A DNA stretch of 64,000 bases from an uncultured Cytophagales bacterium (GTDB lineage: Bacteria; Bacteroidota; Bacteroidia; Cytophagales; Cyclobacteriaceae): positions 1,870,810-1,934,809 of the forward strand of contig CAWDNW010000001.1 in the NCBI GenBank assembly GCA_963803685.1, written 5' to 3'. The position numbers and the translations under genes are program-made. Position 1 is the stretch's first letter. Every line of letters begins with the position of its first letter. Below the pieces are notes generated by a model. The model was not told the origin of the DNA. It made no database searches and worked only from the letters and a program-made list of their open reading frames with translations. Positions 40,786-50,311 of the stretch are shown one piece after another.

Positions 40786-41811
40786 ATGCAACATAAAAAA
40801 CACAGGATTACCATCACCGATATTGCAAGAAAGTTAAATGTCTCTACTTCTACAGTTTCCAGAGCTTTAACAGAGCATGGCGATGTAAAGGCAGAGACCA
40901 GGGAAAAAATCATCGCCTTTGCAAAAGAAATGGACTACCAGCCGGATCCTTTTGCTGTGCAACTTAGAAAAAGAACTTCTAAAACCATCGGAGTAATAAT
41001 TCCCAAGATAGAAAACAGGTTTTTTTCGAAAGCCTTATCTGGTATGCAAGAGTACGCTAATAAGCACGGCTTTAATTTATTGATTTCTCAATCAGAGGAG
41101 GCTGTTGATCAAGAAAAGAAGAACCTTGAAAATATGATTAAGAACCAAGTTGCGGGGTTAATTACATCGATTTCCTTAGAAACTAACGATTTCTCTCATT
41201 TTAAGAAGGTTCTAAATTCTGAAACACCTATCGTATTCTTTGATAGAGTAAGTGAAAGCCTGATAAGCTCTCAAGTAATTATTGATGATTATGAAGCATC
41301 TTTTAAAGCAGTGATGCACTTATTGGAGCAAGGTTGTAAGAATATAGCACATATCACGGGGCCCCAGAGCCTGTTAAATAACAGATCGAGGCATGCAGGT
41401 TATAAAAATGCTTTGAAGCATTATGAAATTCCATATAAAGAAGAATTGGTAGTCGTTTTACCTACATACGAAGCTATAAATGTGCCTGAAATTCTTTTGA
41501 ACCTTTTAAAGCCAAAAAATAATTTAGATGGTATTTTCGCAATTAATGATTTGGTTGCCATAGAAATTATCCATCACTTAAAGAAGAGCGATTTTAAAAT
41601 ACCTGAAGATATTGCAATTGTAGGCTTTAACAATGAAACCATTAGCCAATTTATTGATCCCCCTCTTACAACAGTGGAGAGTCCGGCTTGGGAATTAGGA
41701 CATAGATCATGTGAAATATTGATTCAACATATCAATGAGGAAGATTATCCTATACAGTCTGAGGTAATAAAGAGCAAATTGGTAATAAGAGAATCAAGTT
41801 TAAAGAGATGA
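40786..41811 (+). CDS. LacI-family transcriptional regulator, divergent from the hexuronate operon
   Basis: 341 aa from the ATG at 40786, with the HTH motif TITDIARKLNVSTSTVSRALTE. The GTG at 40642 in the ORF track would translate the operator palindromes, so I rejected it. Confidence 0.88.
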   Translation: MQHKKHRITITDIARKLNVSTSTVSRALTEHGDVKAETREKIIAFAKEMDYQPDPFAVQLRKRTSKTIGVIIPKIENRFFSKALSGMQEYANKHGFNLLISQSEEAVDQEKKNLENMIKNQVAGLITSISLETNDFSHFKKVLNSETPIVFFDRVSESLISSQVIIDDYEASFKAVMHLLEQGCKNIAHITGPQSLLNNRSRHAGYKNALKHYEIPYKEELVVVLPTYEAINVPEILLNLLKPKNNLDGIFAINDLVAIEIIHHLKKSDFKIPEDIAIVGFNNETISQFIDPPLTTVESPAWELGHRSCEILIQHINEEDYPIQSEVIKSKLVIRESSLKR

Positions 41812-41930
41812 AATTTTTAATAGACTTTGCAAATTAAAAAGTGAAAATTCATTTTCACTTTACTTGTACATTGTACTTGGCTATTGAAGGTATTATTTTG
41901 AAATCGATCAACTAAGGCTCTAAAAAACCG

Positions 41931-41938
41931 TAATTTTG
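41931..41938 (+). promoter_or_regulatory. Candidate Bacteroidota -7 promoter box for hemB
   Basis: TAATTTTG (TAnnTTTG) lies 23 nt upstream of the hemB ATG. Confidence 0.3.
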
Positions 41939-41961
41939 AGTATTCTTATAAATTTTAATTA

Positions 41962-42936
41962 ATGCTACGAAGACCAAGAAGAAATAGAAAGTCAGCTGCC
42001 ATACGTGAAATGGTAGAAGAAACTACACTTACCACCAAAGATTTCATCTTTCCATTATTTTTATTGGAGGGTTCTAAAAAGAAAATCGAAGTAAATAGCA
42101 TGCCTGGTATTTTTCGAATAAGTACTGATTTGATGTTAAAGGAAATAGAGGAGTGTATGAAGTTGGGTGTTAAAGCGTTTGATATTTTTCCTGTAGTAGA
42201 CGAGAAACATAAAGATAAATTAGCTACGAAAAGTGCCGATCAGGATTTTTTCTATCTCAAAGCATTAACAACTATTAAAAAGGAATTCCCTGAAGCTTGT
42301 ATTATGACTGATGTGGCTATGGATCCATATAGCACGGATGGTCATGATGGTATAGTGGATGAAAATGGGAATATCCTTAATGATGAGACCCTAGAGGTTT
42401 TGGCGGATATGGCACTGGCGCAGGCAGAGACAGGTATAGATATTATTGGCCCTTCTGATATGATGGATGGGCGTGTTGAGGTAATCCGAGATGCTTTAGA
42501 TGATAACGATTTTGAGCACGTCTCCATCATGAGTTATTCTGCGAAATACTCCAGTGCTTTTTATGGTCCTTTCCGGGATGCTTTAGATTCGGCTCCCAAA
42601 TCAGGAGATAAAAAGACATATCAGATGAATCCCGCTAACAAACATGAAGCTTTAATAGAAGCAGAGCTAGATGCAGACGAAGGTGCTGATTTTTTAATGG
42701 TAAAACCTGCTTTGGCATACCTTGATGTTATTCATTTATTGAAAGAGAACCATGAGTTACCTATTGCTGCTTATAATGTGAGTGGAGAATATAGCATGAT
42801 TAAGGCAGCTGCTCAAAGAGGATGGCTAGATGGTGACCGAACCATGATGGAAACCTTATTAAGTATTAAGAGGGCTGGTGCAGATGTGATTTTAACTTAC
42901 TTTGCTAAGGAAGCAGCTACATTAATGAAGAAATAA
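41962..42936 (+). CDS. hemB: Porphobilinogen synthase (delta-aminolevulinic acid dehydratase)
   Basis: 324 aa with MLRRPRRNRKSAAIREMV and the active-site Lys context FLMVKPAL. An Asp-rich metal site (DVAMDPYS) suggests the non-zinc type. Confidence 0.93.
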   Translation: MLRRPRRNRKSAAIREMVEETTLTTKDFIFPLFLLEGSKKKIEVNSMPGIFRISTDLMLKEIEECMKLGVKAFDIFPVVDEKHKDKLATKSADQDFFYLKALTTIKKEFPEACIMTDVAMDPYSTDGHDGIVDENGNILNDETLEVLADMALAQAETGIDIIGPSDMMDGRVEVIRDALDDNDFEHVSIMSYSAKYSSAFYGPFRDALDSAPKSGDKKTYQMNPANKHEALIEAELDADEGADFLMVKPALAYLDVIHLLKENHELPIAAYNVSGEYSMIKAAAQRGWLDGDRTMMETLLSIKRAGADVILTYFAKEAATLMKK

Positions 42937-42960
42937 TTCAAATCAATAAATTGAACAGTT

Positions 42961-43668
42961 ATGAAAGCTTATCTGATTATATGCTTAATCTCCATCTTTT
43001 TAACAGCTAGCACCAATAAGGAGAGTAAACCAGACTTACCTGGTGCATGGGAAAGTGTTACTGCAGAGGGTGTTGTAGGACAGTGGATAATTACTAATCG
43101 GCATTTTGCTATTGCCTATTATAAGGGCAATCAATTTATCTCTACCGAAGGAGGAAGTTGGTCAATTGATGACAAGAAACTGACTTTGAATTATGAATTT
43201 CACACTGCTGATCCGGAGGAAGTGGGAGAAAAAAAGGAATTAAAGTTTTCATTAAAAGGTGATAAACTCGAGGTGTGGGACAAGCTTTGGACCCGAGTAG
43301 ATGACACGAATCCTGGTCAATTAAGTGGAGCTTGGTTGATTACAGGTCGCGAAAGAAACGGAGAAGTAAGTAAAATGATTCCCGGAGCCAGAAAAACCAT
43401 GAAAATTTTATCTGGTACCCGTTTTCAATGGATCGCTTACAACAGCGAAACTCCAGTATTTTCCGGTACAGGTGGTGGTCAGTATTCAACTGAAGATGGT
43501 GAATACACTGAAATAATTAAATTTTTCTCAAGAGACAGCACTCGAGTAGGAGCAGAGCTGAACTTTGATTTTGAACTAAAAGATGGTCAGTGGCATCATT
43601 CAGGTAAATCCAGCAAAGGAGATCCTATTTATGAAGTTTGGAGCGATCGAGTTAAATTAGGGATTTGA
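42961..43668 (+). CDS. Secreted lipocalin-like repeat protein, function unknown
   Basis: 235 aa with a signal peptide and an internal duplication (GAWESV...GQWIITNRHFAIAYY and GAWLITGRE...RFQWIAYN). Confidence 0.5.
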   Translation: MKAYLIICLISIFLTASTNKESKPDLPGAWESVTAEGVVGQWIITNRHFAIAYYKGNQFISTEGGSWSIDDKKLTLNYEFHTADPEEVGEKKELKFSLKGDKLEVWDKLWTRVDDTNPGQLSGAWLITGRERNGEVSKMIPGARKTMKILSGTRFQWIAYNSETPVFSGTGGGQYSTEDGEYTEIIKFFSRDSTRVGAELNFDFELKDGQWHHSGKSSKGDPIYEVWSDRVKLGI

Positions 43669-44037
43669 GAATATTAATATTTGTAGGGCTCTTGGAAAAT
43701 ACTATTCTGTTAGAAAACGAAACAATATTTGCTTATAAAGAGCGAGAGGGTCGACAAAAAGGCGGGGTGCGGGCTGAATTGTAGCATGGGAGCATTTTAT
43801 TGTCTTGATTTTCCCCATTGGGATGCCTATGGCATTGTATCTTTTTGATCAAGCAAAAAGATAAAGAATAAAATTTGGTTTAAAAACCATAAACTTAAAA
43901 GGCACTTCAAAATAAAGAAATTCAAGTATGTTGAGGTTTTATACCCATTTCTAAACTTTAATAAAATTAATTTAACAAATGAAAGAAGTTTTTTTGAGTT
44001 ATTTTTAATAAACAGAAGTAGGCTAATTACTAAAACC

Positions 44038-44073
44038 AAAAAGGGCTGCTTATTCAATTAAGTAGCCCTTTTT
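44038..44073. terminator. Bidirectional rho-independent terminator downstream of cysN
   Basis: A 12-bp stem AAGGGCTGCTTA/TAAGTAGCCCTT (44041-44052 and 44059-44070) with one G.T position and a 6-nt loop. It is flanked by an A run and a T run. Confidence 0.75.
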
Positions 44074-44094
44074 AGGTAAGATCTCAGTTGTACA

Positions 44095-45378
44095 TTAAAT
44101 TATCATTCCAGCACCTACTGTTTCATGACTAAATTCATCAATAATTATTAATGATCCAGTGTTTCTGTTTTTGCGATATGAATCATACAATAGAGGGCGA
44201 GCAGTTTTAATTGTAATTCTACCTATGTCATTGGCAGATAAATCTTTGTCCTCTTCGTTTTTTTCCAATGTATTAACATTAACCTTGTATTTCACCTCTT
44301 TGATGATACATTTAGCTTCATTGGTAGTATGCTTAACTAAATATTTACCTCCTATTTTTAGAGAAGTTACATTTAGCCAACAAACCATTAATTCAATATC
44401 CTGACCTACAGTAGGCTGGTTATTAGGCTTGGCCAGCATGTCACCTCTGCTTATATCAATTTCATCTTCTAAAGTCATTGCAACTGACATTGGCGGGAAA
44501 GCCTCTTCCAACTCACCATTCATGGTGCTAATGGACTTTATTTTAGTGGTAAATCCGGAAGGTAGTACCACAACTTCTTCTCCTTTTCTGAAGATTCCAC
44601 CACCAACTAAGCCTGCATAACCTCTGAAATCATGGTATTTATCAGATTGAGGCCGGATTACCCACTGTACAGGCATTCTGCTATCAATAAAATTTCTATC
44701 AGAAGCTACTTGCACATTTTCTAAAGTCCATAGTAAAGAAGGACCTTTATACCAATCCATATTGGTTGATTTATCTACTACATTATCTCCATTCAATGCT
44801 GAAATAGGTATAAATCGTATATCTGGAATTTCCAATTTGGCATCGAAGCTCAGGAAATCTTTTTGGATTTGTTCAAATACTTCTTCAGAATAATCAACTA
44901 AATCCATTTTATTAATGCATACAATAATATGCTTGATTTGTAATAAGGAGGCTATAAAAGAATGTCTTTTTGTTTGTTCAATAACTCCCTTTCTGGCATC
45001 AATCAAAATGATGGCTAGATTAGCTGTTGAAGCACCAGTTACCATATTCCGAGTATACTGGATATGACCAGGAGTATCGGCAATAATAAATTTTCTCTTA
45101 GGAGTAGCAAAATAACGGTAGGCAACATCAATTGTGATCCCTTGTTCTCTTTCAGCTTTTAAACCATCAGTTAGAAGAGCCAGGTTCACATGCTCGTCAC
45201 CACGGTTTCTGCTGGATTCTTCCATGGCATCCATCTGATCCTGAAAAATAGATTTAGTGTCGTACATTAATCTACCTATTAAGGTGCTTTTGCCATCATC
45301 CACACTTCCGGCAGTAGAGAAGCGAAGTAAATCCATGTCAAGGTATCCGGCTGTGGTTGAGTTATTAGTTTCTGTCAT
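44095..45378 (-). CDS. cysN: Sulfate adenylyltransferase subunit 1 (GTPase)
   Basis: 427 aa with GSVDDGKST, DTPGH and NKMD G-motifs. There is no fused APS-kinase domain. Confidence 0.93.
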   Translation of the reverse strand: MTETNNSTTAGYLDMDLLRFSTAGSVDDGKSTLIGRLMYDTKSIFQDQMDAMEESSRNRGDEHVNLALLTDGLKAEREQGITIDVAYRYFATPKRKFIIADTPGHIQYTRNMVTGASTANLAIILIDARKGVIEQTKRHSFIASLLQIKHIIVCINKMDLVDYSEEVFEQIQKDFLSFDAKLEIPDIRFIPISALNGDNVVDKSTNMDWYKGPSLLWTLENVQVASDRNFIDSRMPVQWVIRPQSDKYHDFRGYAGLVGGGIFRKGEEVVVLPSGFTTKIKSISTMNGELEEAFPPMSVAMTLEDEIDISRGDMLAKPNNQPTVGQDIELMVCWLNVTSLKIGGKYLVKHTTNEAKCIIKEVKYKVNVNTLEKNEEDKDLSANDIGRITIKTARPLLYDSYRKNRNTGSLIIIDEFSHETVGAGMII

Positions 45379-45447
45379 TTTCTAGAATTTAAGAAATGTG
45401 AGATTTGAGTTTTGGAAAATGGTTTGTTTATAAAAGGATCATCCTGA

Positions 45448-46353
45448 TTAAAAATAGCCCTGTTTTTTTCTGTCTTCCATAGCAGCTTCAGATCTTTTAT
45501 CATCTGCTCTGTTGCCTCGTTCAGTTTGGCGTGCAGCAGCTACTTCTTCAATGATTTTATCCAGATTATCAGCATCTGAATTTACAGCGCCAGTAATAGT
45601 CATACAACCCAAAGTTCTGTAGCGAATAACCTGCTTTTCGTATTTTTCCCCGTCCAACAGAGTGTTATAAGGAGATTCAGCAATTAGAACACCATTTCTG
45701 TTCACTACATTACGCTCATGAGAGAAATAAATACTTGGTAAATCAATTTTTTCTTTTTTAATATACTGCCAAACATCCATTTCAGTCCAGTTACTGATAG
45801 GGAAAATCCTAAATGACTCACCAGGAGCTTTCATTCCATTATAAAGGTTCCACAATTCCGGTCGCTGGTTTTTAGGGTCCCACTGGCCGAAATCATCACG
45901 GTGAGAAAAGAATCTTTCTTTTGCTCTGGCTTTTTCTTCATCTCTTCTTCCACCACCAAAGGCAGCATCATACTGTCCTTCCTCCAGTTTTTCCAATAAG
46001 GTAATTGACTGCAGAGTATTTCTGCTGGGGTTTAAGCCTTTCTCTTCTTTAGCAGTGCCCCTTTTAATAGAATCAGCCACTAATCCTACATCCAACTTTA
46101 CATTGTATTTTTTGGCAAGGTTGTCTCTAAAATCAATGGCTTCAGGGAAATTATGACCTGTGTCGATATGTAATAAGGGAAAAGGTATTTTTGCAGGCCA
46201 AAATGCTTTTTGCGCTAAATGCACCATCGTAATGGAATCTTTTCCTCCGGAAAATAGAATAACAGGTTTTTCAAATTGCGCTGCTACTTCACGAAAAATG
46301 TAAATGGCTTCAGATTCCAATTGATCTAAATGTGATAGATTGTAAGATCCCAT
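45448..46353 (-). CDS. cysD: Sulfate adenylyltransferase subunit 2
   Basis: 301 aa with a PAPS-reductase-fold N-terminus (LFSGGKDS) and a C-terminal GNRADDKRSEAAMEDRKKQGYF. Confidence 0.93.
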   Translation of the reverse strand: MGSYNLSHLDQLESEAIYIFREVAAQFEKPVILFSGGKDSITMVHLAQKAFWPAKIPFPLLHIDTGHNFPEAIDFRDNLAKKYNVKLDVGLVADSIKRGTAKEEKGLNPSRNTLQSITLLEKLEEGQYDAAFGGGRRDEEKARAKERFFSHRDDFGQWDPKNQRPELWNLYNGMKAPGESFRIFPISNWTEMDVWQYIKKEKIDLPSIYFSHERNVVNRNGVLIAESPYNTLLDGEKYEKQVIRYRTLGCMTITGAVNSDADNLDKIIEEVAAARQTERGNRADDKRSEAAMEDRKKQGYF

Positions 46354-46354
46354 A

Positions 46355-46945
46355 TTATAATTTTATGCGTTTGATAATTTGGTTCACTAATTGTTGGTGG
46401 CTATCTTCTAAACTATGATCAGCCGTGTTTATATTAATTTCAGGGTTTTGCGGCTCTTCAAATGGAGCAGTAATCCCAGTAAATTCTTTTATTTCTCCTT
46501 TTCTGGCTTTTGCGTAAAGTCCTTTAACATCTCGCTGTTCACATACAGCAAGTGGGCAATTGATAAACACCTCTACATAACCGTCACCGATAATTTCTCT
46601 GGACATTTTTCTAATTTCTTCCGTTGGGCTAATAAAAGAACAAATGGTTACTAAACCAGCGTTCATAAATAGTTTGGCAGTTTCAGCTGCTCTACGAATA
46701 TTTTCTTTTCTATCTTCCGGACTAAAACTCAAATTGTTATTGATGCCAACTCTCAAGTTGTCTCCATCCAAAAGCTGAGTTAAATGTCCCATCTCATGCA
46801 AAGTATTCTCCAATGCACGGGCTAGTGTACTCTTACCAGAACCAGAGAGTCCCACCATCCATACCACTATGGATTTTTGTTTAAGCAAGGTTTCTTTGTC
46901 CTGTTTGCTTAAAATTGTATCGAAAATAGGATAAATATTATTCAA
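46355..46945 (-). CDS. cysC: Adenylyl-sulfate kinase
   Basis: 196 aa with the P-loop GLSGSGKST, LDGDNLR and FISP. Confidence 0.92.
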   Translation of the reverse strand: MNNIYPIFDTILSKQDKETLLKQKSIVVWMVGLSGSGKSTLARALENTLHEMGHLTQLLDGDNLRVGINNNLSFSPEDRKENIRRAAETAKLFMNAGLVTICSFISPTEEIRKMSREIIGDGYVEVFINCPLAVCEQRDVKGLYAKARKGEIKEFTGITAPFEEPQNPEININTADHSLEDSHQQLVNQIIKRIKL

Positions 46946-47123
46946 TTGAGTTTTATTTCCTACAAAGTTAATAGACTATTACTATTAATATCAAATATTC
47001 TCATGTAATTTTGAGGAATTATCGATGAAGGGACTAGAGTAATAGATGGTTAATATGTATTTAATGCGATAATGAAATTATAAACGGGGAGTAAAATCAG
47101 TTAAATAAAATATTTAGAGAATA

Positions 47124-47891
47124 ATGGACACTAAGAAAATTATTGAAGAACTAAAAAAAATTTCTAAAGATGCGGGAGATGCGATCATGCATATTTACAA
47201 TGATGCGGATTTAAGTAAGGTTGTAGATCATAAAGCAGATGACAGTCCGCTCACATTAGCTGATAAAGCTGCTGATGATGAAATTAAAAAGGGCTTAGAG
47301 GCATTGCAGTACGATTTCCCCATTCTCTCGGAAGAAGGAAAGCACATGAGTTATTCTGAAAGAAAGGACTGGAATAGCTTCTGGTTGGTGGATCCATTAG
47401 ATGGAACCAAAGAATTTATTAAAAGAAATGGCCAGTTTACTGTAAACATTGCTTTGATTAAAGATGGCTACCCTGTCTTGGGCATTATCTATGTGCCAGC
47501 CTCTGAAACTTATTATTATGGAAGTGAAATGGGTGCATTCAAACTAGAAGGGGGATCAATTTCAACTTTAAAAGTTAATAACAGATCAACAAAGAGAATA
47601 GCTGTAAGGAGTGCTTCACATGCCTCACCTGAGGAAGATACACTATTGGCTAAATATGATGTAGTGGATAATATCTCAAAAGGAAGCTCTTTAAAGTTTT
47701 GTATGGTAGCAGAAGGTAAAGCAGATATTTACTATCGCCACGGGCCTACTATGGAATGGGATACCGGAGCAGGACAAGCTGTTTTAGAGGCTGCAGGCGG
47801 TAAAATATTTAAGGGAGATCAGGAAAAAGAACGATTTAATTATAACAAAGAAGATTTATTGAACGGAAGCTTTTTATGTTTAGGGTTTTGA
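47124..47891 (+). CDS. cysQ: 3'(2'),5'-bisphosphate nucleotidase
   Basis: 255 aa with SEE..., WLVDPLDGTKEF and WDTGAGQAV motifs. Confidence 0.9.
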   Translation: MDTKKIIEELKKISKDAGDAIMHIYNDADLSKVVDHKADDSPLTLADKAADDEIKKGLEALQYDFPILSEEGKHMSYSERKDWNSFWLVDPLDGTKEFIKRNGQFTVNIALIKDGYPVLGIIYVPASETYYYGSEMGAFKLEGGSISTLKVNNRSTKRIAVRSASHASPEEDTLLAKYDVVDNISKGSSLKFCMVAEGKADIYYRHGPTMEWDTGAGQAVLEAAGGKIFKGDQEKERFNYNKEDLLNGSFLCLGF

Positions 47892-48098
47892 GATAGAATC
47901 CTCAATGCTTTTGCCTACTATATAACAAGAATGCCGCAGGCGTCTAAAGACGCTTAAAAAGTCTCGCTAAGACGCCAAGGCGTAGAGTTTTCGCGAAGAA
48001 ACTATTTTTTATCTGCGTATGGTTCACTTCTCAGCCAAAGGCCTCCTGGAGGCAGGGAGCCTGATCAGGCTGACTGGTAAAAATTCGAAGATTTGACC

Positions 48099-48137
48099 AA
48101 CTTTTCCGCAGTTCAAAACTTTGGAAAAGTTTTTTCA
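48099..48137 (+). terminator. Terminator-like hairpin about 210 nt downstream of cysQ
   Basis: A 9-bp stem AACTTTTCC/GGAAAAGTT with a 15-nt loop, followed by a T run (48130-48135). Confidence 0.5.
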
Positions 48138-48147
48138 ATCTAAAAAT

Positions 48148-49230
48148 TCAATCCCTTCTGAAGCTTTTTATATCTCTCTTTTTCCGTGCAATGGAAGCTT
48201 TCACCATATTATCCAGAGTTACACTTAGTAATAAACAGAGAGTAATGATGATGGGAACTAACAGGTTGTCTCCGAGGAAATCTAACAATAAGGCGACACA
48301 GATAATGCCTATATTAGTAGCAATCATAATCAATGTGGTTTGCGAATGACTATTGCCTAATCTCATTAACAAATGATGTAAATGAGTTTTATCAGGAGAA
48401 AAAGGAGATTTTTTTCTCATTGCCCTGGATATAAATACTCTTAAAGTATCAAATAAGGGAATAATGATCGTTGCTATAGCCAAGCCTACCGAAGAGTTTA
48501 TTTTGAATTGAGCATTTTCCGGCAGATGGTGATTAAAATCGATGAATTTTATAGCAGCTGCAGCCAATACAAAACCTATTAAAAGTGCCCCGGTATCGCC
48601 CATGAAAATTCGGGAGGGTTGCCAATTGAAATTTAGAAAAGCGATGAGGGAACCTATAAACCCAAAGCAGACCATGGCGTAGTATATTTCTCCAACCAAA
48701 AAGAAGTAGATACCGAAAACAAAAAAGGCTACTATACCAATACTGCTGGCCAGACCATCTAAACCATCAATCAGGTTATACGAATTAGTAATAACGATAA
48801 AAGTGAAGATGGTTAAGGCTATGCTGATGATATAGTGGATATCATCTATGGTAAAAAAGTAGTAGAGAGAGCTTAATCGTATATCCATTAAGAAAATGAC
48901 CATGCAAGCGGCTAATACCTGTGCGGCTAACTTTACCAATGGTCTAACAGGTACTAAATCATCTCTGAGACCAACAATGAACATGATACCCATTGCCCCA
49001 AACAAAAATTTAAATCGTTGCAATCCTGGGAAGGGCATCCAAATAAGTAAAGCAATCATTACCCCGGCAAAAATGGCTATCCCTCCCATGCTGGGGGTAA
49101 AGTCGGTGTGAATTTTACGGCCGCCCGGCTTATCCATGATATTTTTCTTCTTGAAAAACCCGATCACCAAAGGGGTTAACAAAAAGGTAAGGATAAAAGT
49201 AGTTATGAGGCTAGCTAGGGTTTGGGGCAT
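48148..49230 (-). CDS. Polyprenyl-phosphate HexNAc-1-phosphate transferase (MraY/WecA family, GT4 clan), initiating transferase
   Basis: 360 aa with about 10 TM helices and NLIDGLDGLA and FMGDTGALLIG motifs. Confidence 0.85.
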   Translation of the reverse strand: MPQTLASLITTFILTFLLTPLVIGFFKKKNIMDKPGGRKIHTDFTPSMGGIAIFAGVMIALLIWMPFPGLQRFKFLFGAMGIMFIVGLRDDLVPVRPLVKLAAQVLAACMVIFLMDIRLSSLYYFFTIDDIHYIISIALTIFTFIVITNSYNLIDGLDGLASSIGIVAFFVFGIYFFLVGEIYYAMVCFGFIGSLIAFLNFNWQPSRIFMGDTGALLIGFVLAAAAIKFIDFNHHLPENAQFKINSSVGLAIATIIIPLFDTLRVFISRAMRKKSPFSPDKTHLHHLLMRLGNSHSQTTLIMIATNIGIICVALLLDFLGDNLLVPIIITLCLLLSVTLDNMVKASIARKKRDIKSFRRD

Positions 49231-49267
49231 TATTTAAGTTTGATATCTAAAAGTTTTTGTGTGGTTG

Positions 49268-49275
49268 CAAATTTA
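49268..49275 (-). promoter_or_regulatory. Candidate -7 promoter box for the wecA-like gene
   Basis: The minus strand reads TAAATTTG (TAnnTTTG), 38 nt upstream of the start at 49230. Confidence 0.3.
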
Positions 49276-49350
49276 AAGGGTTTTGGGGAAATATCTAATT
49301 TTATTAATGGAGGTTTTAGTAACCTAAATTTAAAGCATATTAAAGGAATA

Positions 49351-50310
49351 TCATCTTTGAGATTTATACCAAGTTACCATTTTTTGTAAACCTTGTAAAT
49401 TATCGAATCTGGGAGAGAATCCAGTATTTAATATTTTTTCAGCTCGATGAAATGTTTCTGTTGCAAATTTATTTACGCGTGCTGACGAAACCGGTAAATT
49501 TTTACCTGTTAACTTAATTAATATATCAAAAGGAATTGCTCCAATTTGAAGTAATGATTTAGGAACACTTAATGGGTTCTTTTTCCCTAAAGATTTAGCT
49601 ATGTGATTAGCTGTTTCCTTAGAGGTTAATTGAGGAGAATCGGCATAATTATAAAAATGGAATCCGTTCTCCTCTATTGTGTTTAATAGATGAATTGTTG
49701 CTTCTACGATGTTTTCTACATAGCATATTGATTTTACATTATCTCCTTTCCCGACATTGAAAAACTTTCCTGAGTCTATTTGCTTGATAAGGTTAAACAT
49801 ATTAGCAGTATTACGTGGGCCGTAAACTAAGCAAGGTCTTATCACAATAGCCTGATTGCCTTCCCTTTCAGACCAAATTTTTAATTTTGCTTCCCCAGCG
49901 AGTTTGGAAGCTCCGTAATGGTTTGAAGGATTCGGAGGCATCTCCTCAGTTGAGGGTTTTTTATTTTCTCCGTAGACAGCCACAGATGAATAAAATATTA
50001 TTTTTTTAATATTATTTTCTTCAGCTACTTTACATATATTCTCAGTACCCAATTCATTAACCTCAAAGTATCCCTCTCTGGTTATTCCAAAGTCATGGTG
50101 AGCCGCTGCTAAATGAATTATTGCATCTATTTTGTTTTCTTTTACAGCTTTGTTTAAAACTACAAAATCACATATATCACCTTTTAAAAATTTATTTTTT
50201 GTTGGATGAATTGGCTCTCTCAAATCATAATTAACTATAATTGTGTCCAATTTTTCATTGAAATAGGAACCAATAAAGCCTGAACCTCCAGTAATCAGAA
50301 CGTTTTTCAT
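49351..50310 (-). CDS. NAD-dependent sugar-nucleotide epimerase/dehydratase
   Basis: 319 aa with ITGGSGFIGS and YGASKLA (YxxxK). Confidence 0.85.
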   Translation of the reverse strand: MKNVLITGGSGFIGSYFNEKLDTIIVNYDLREPIHPTKNKFLKGDICDFVVLNKAVKENKIDAIIHLAAAHHDFGITREGYFEVNELGTENICKVAEENNIKKIIFYSSVAVYGENKKPSTEEMPPNPSNHYGASKLAGEAKLKIWSEREGNQAIVIRPCLVYGPRNTANMFNLIKQIDSGKFFNVGKGDNVKSICYVENIVEATIHLLNTIEENGFHFYNYADSPQLTSKETANHIAKSLGKKNPLSVPKSLLQIGAIPFDILIKLTGKNLPVSSARVNKFATETFHRAEKILNTGFSPRFDNLQGLQKMVTWYKSQR

Positions 50311-50311
50311 G

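Noticed and set aside
43827-44057. 76-aa minus-strand ORF (MNKQPFLVLVISLLLF...) in the lipocalin/cysN spacer
   Set aside because: Its start codon lies inside the terminator hairpin at 44041-44070. The sequence is low-complexity, F/L/K-rich translation of AT-rich DNA, and I recognise no family in it. It is most likely spurious.
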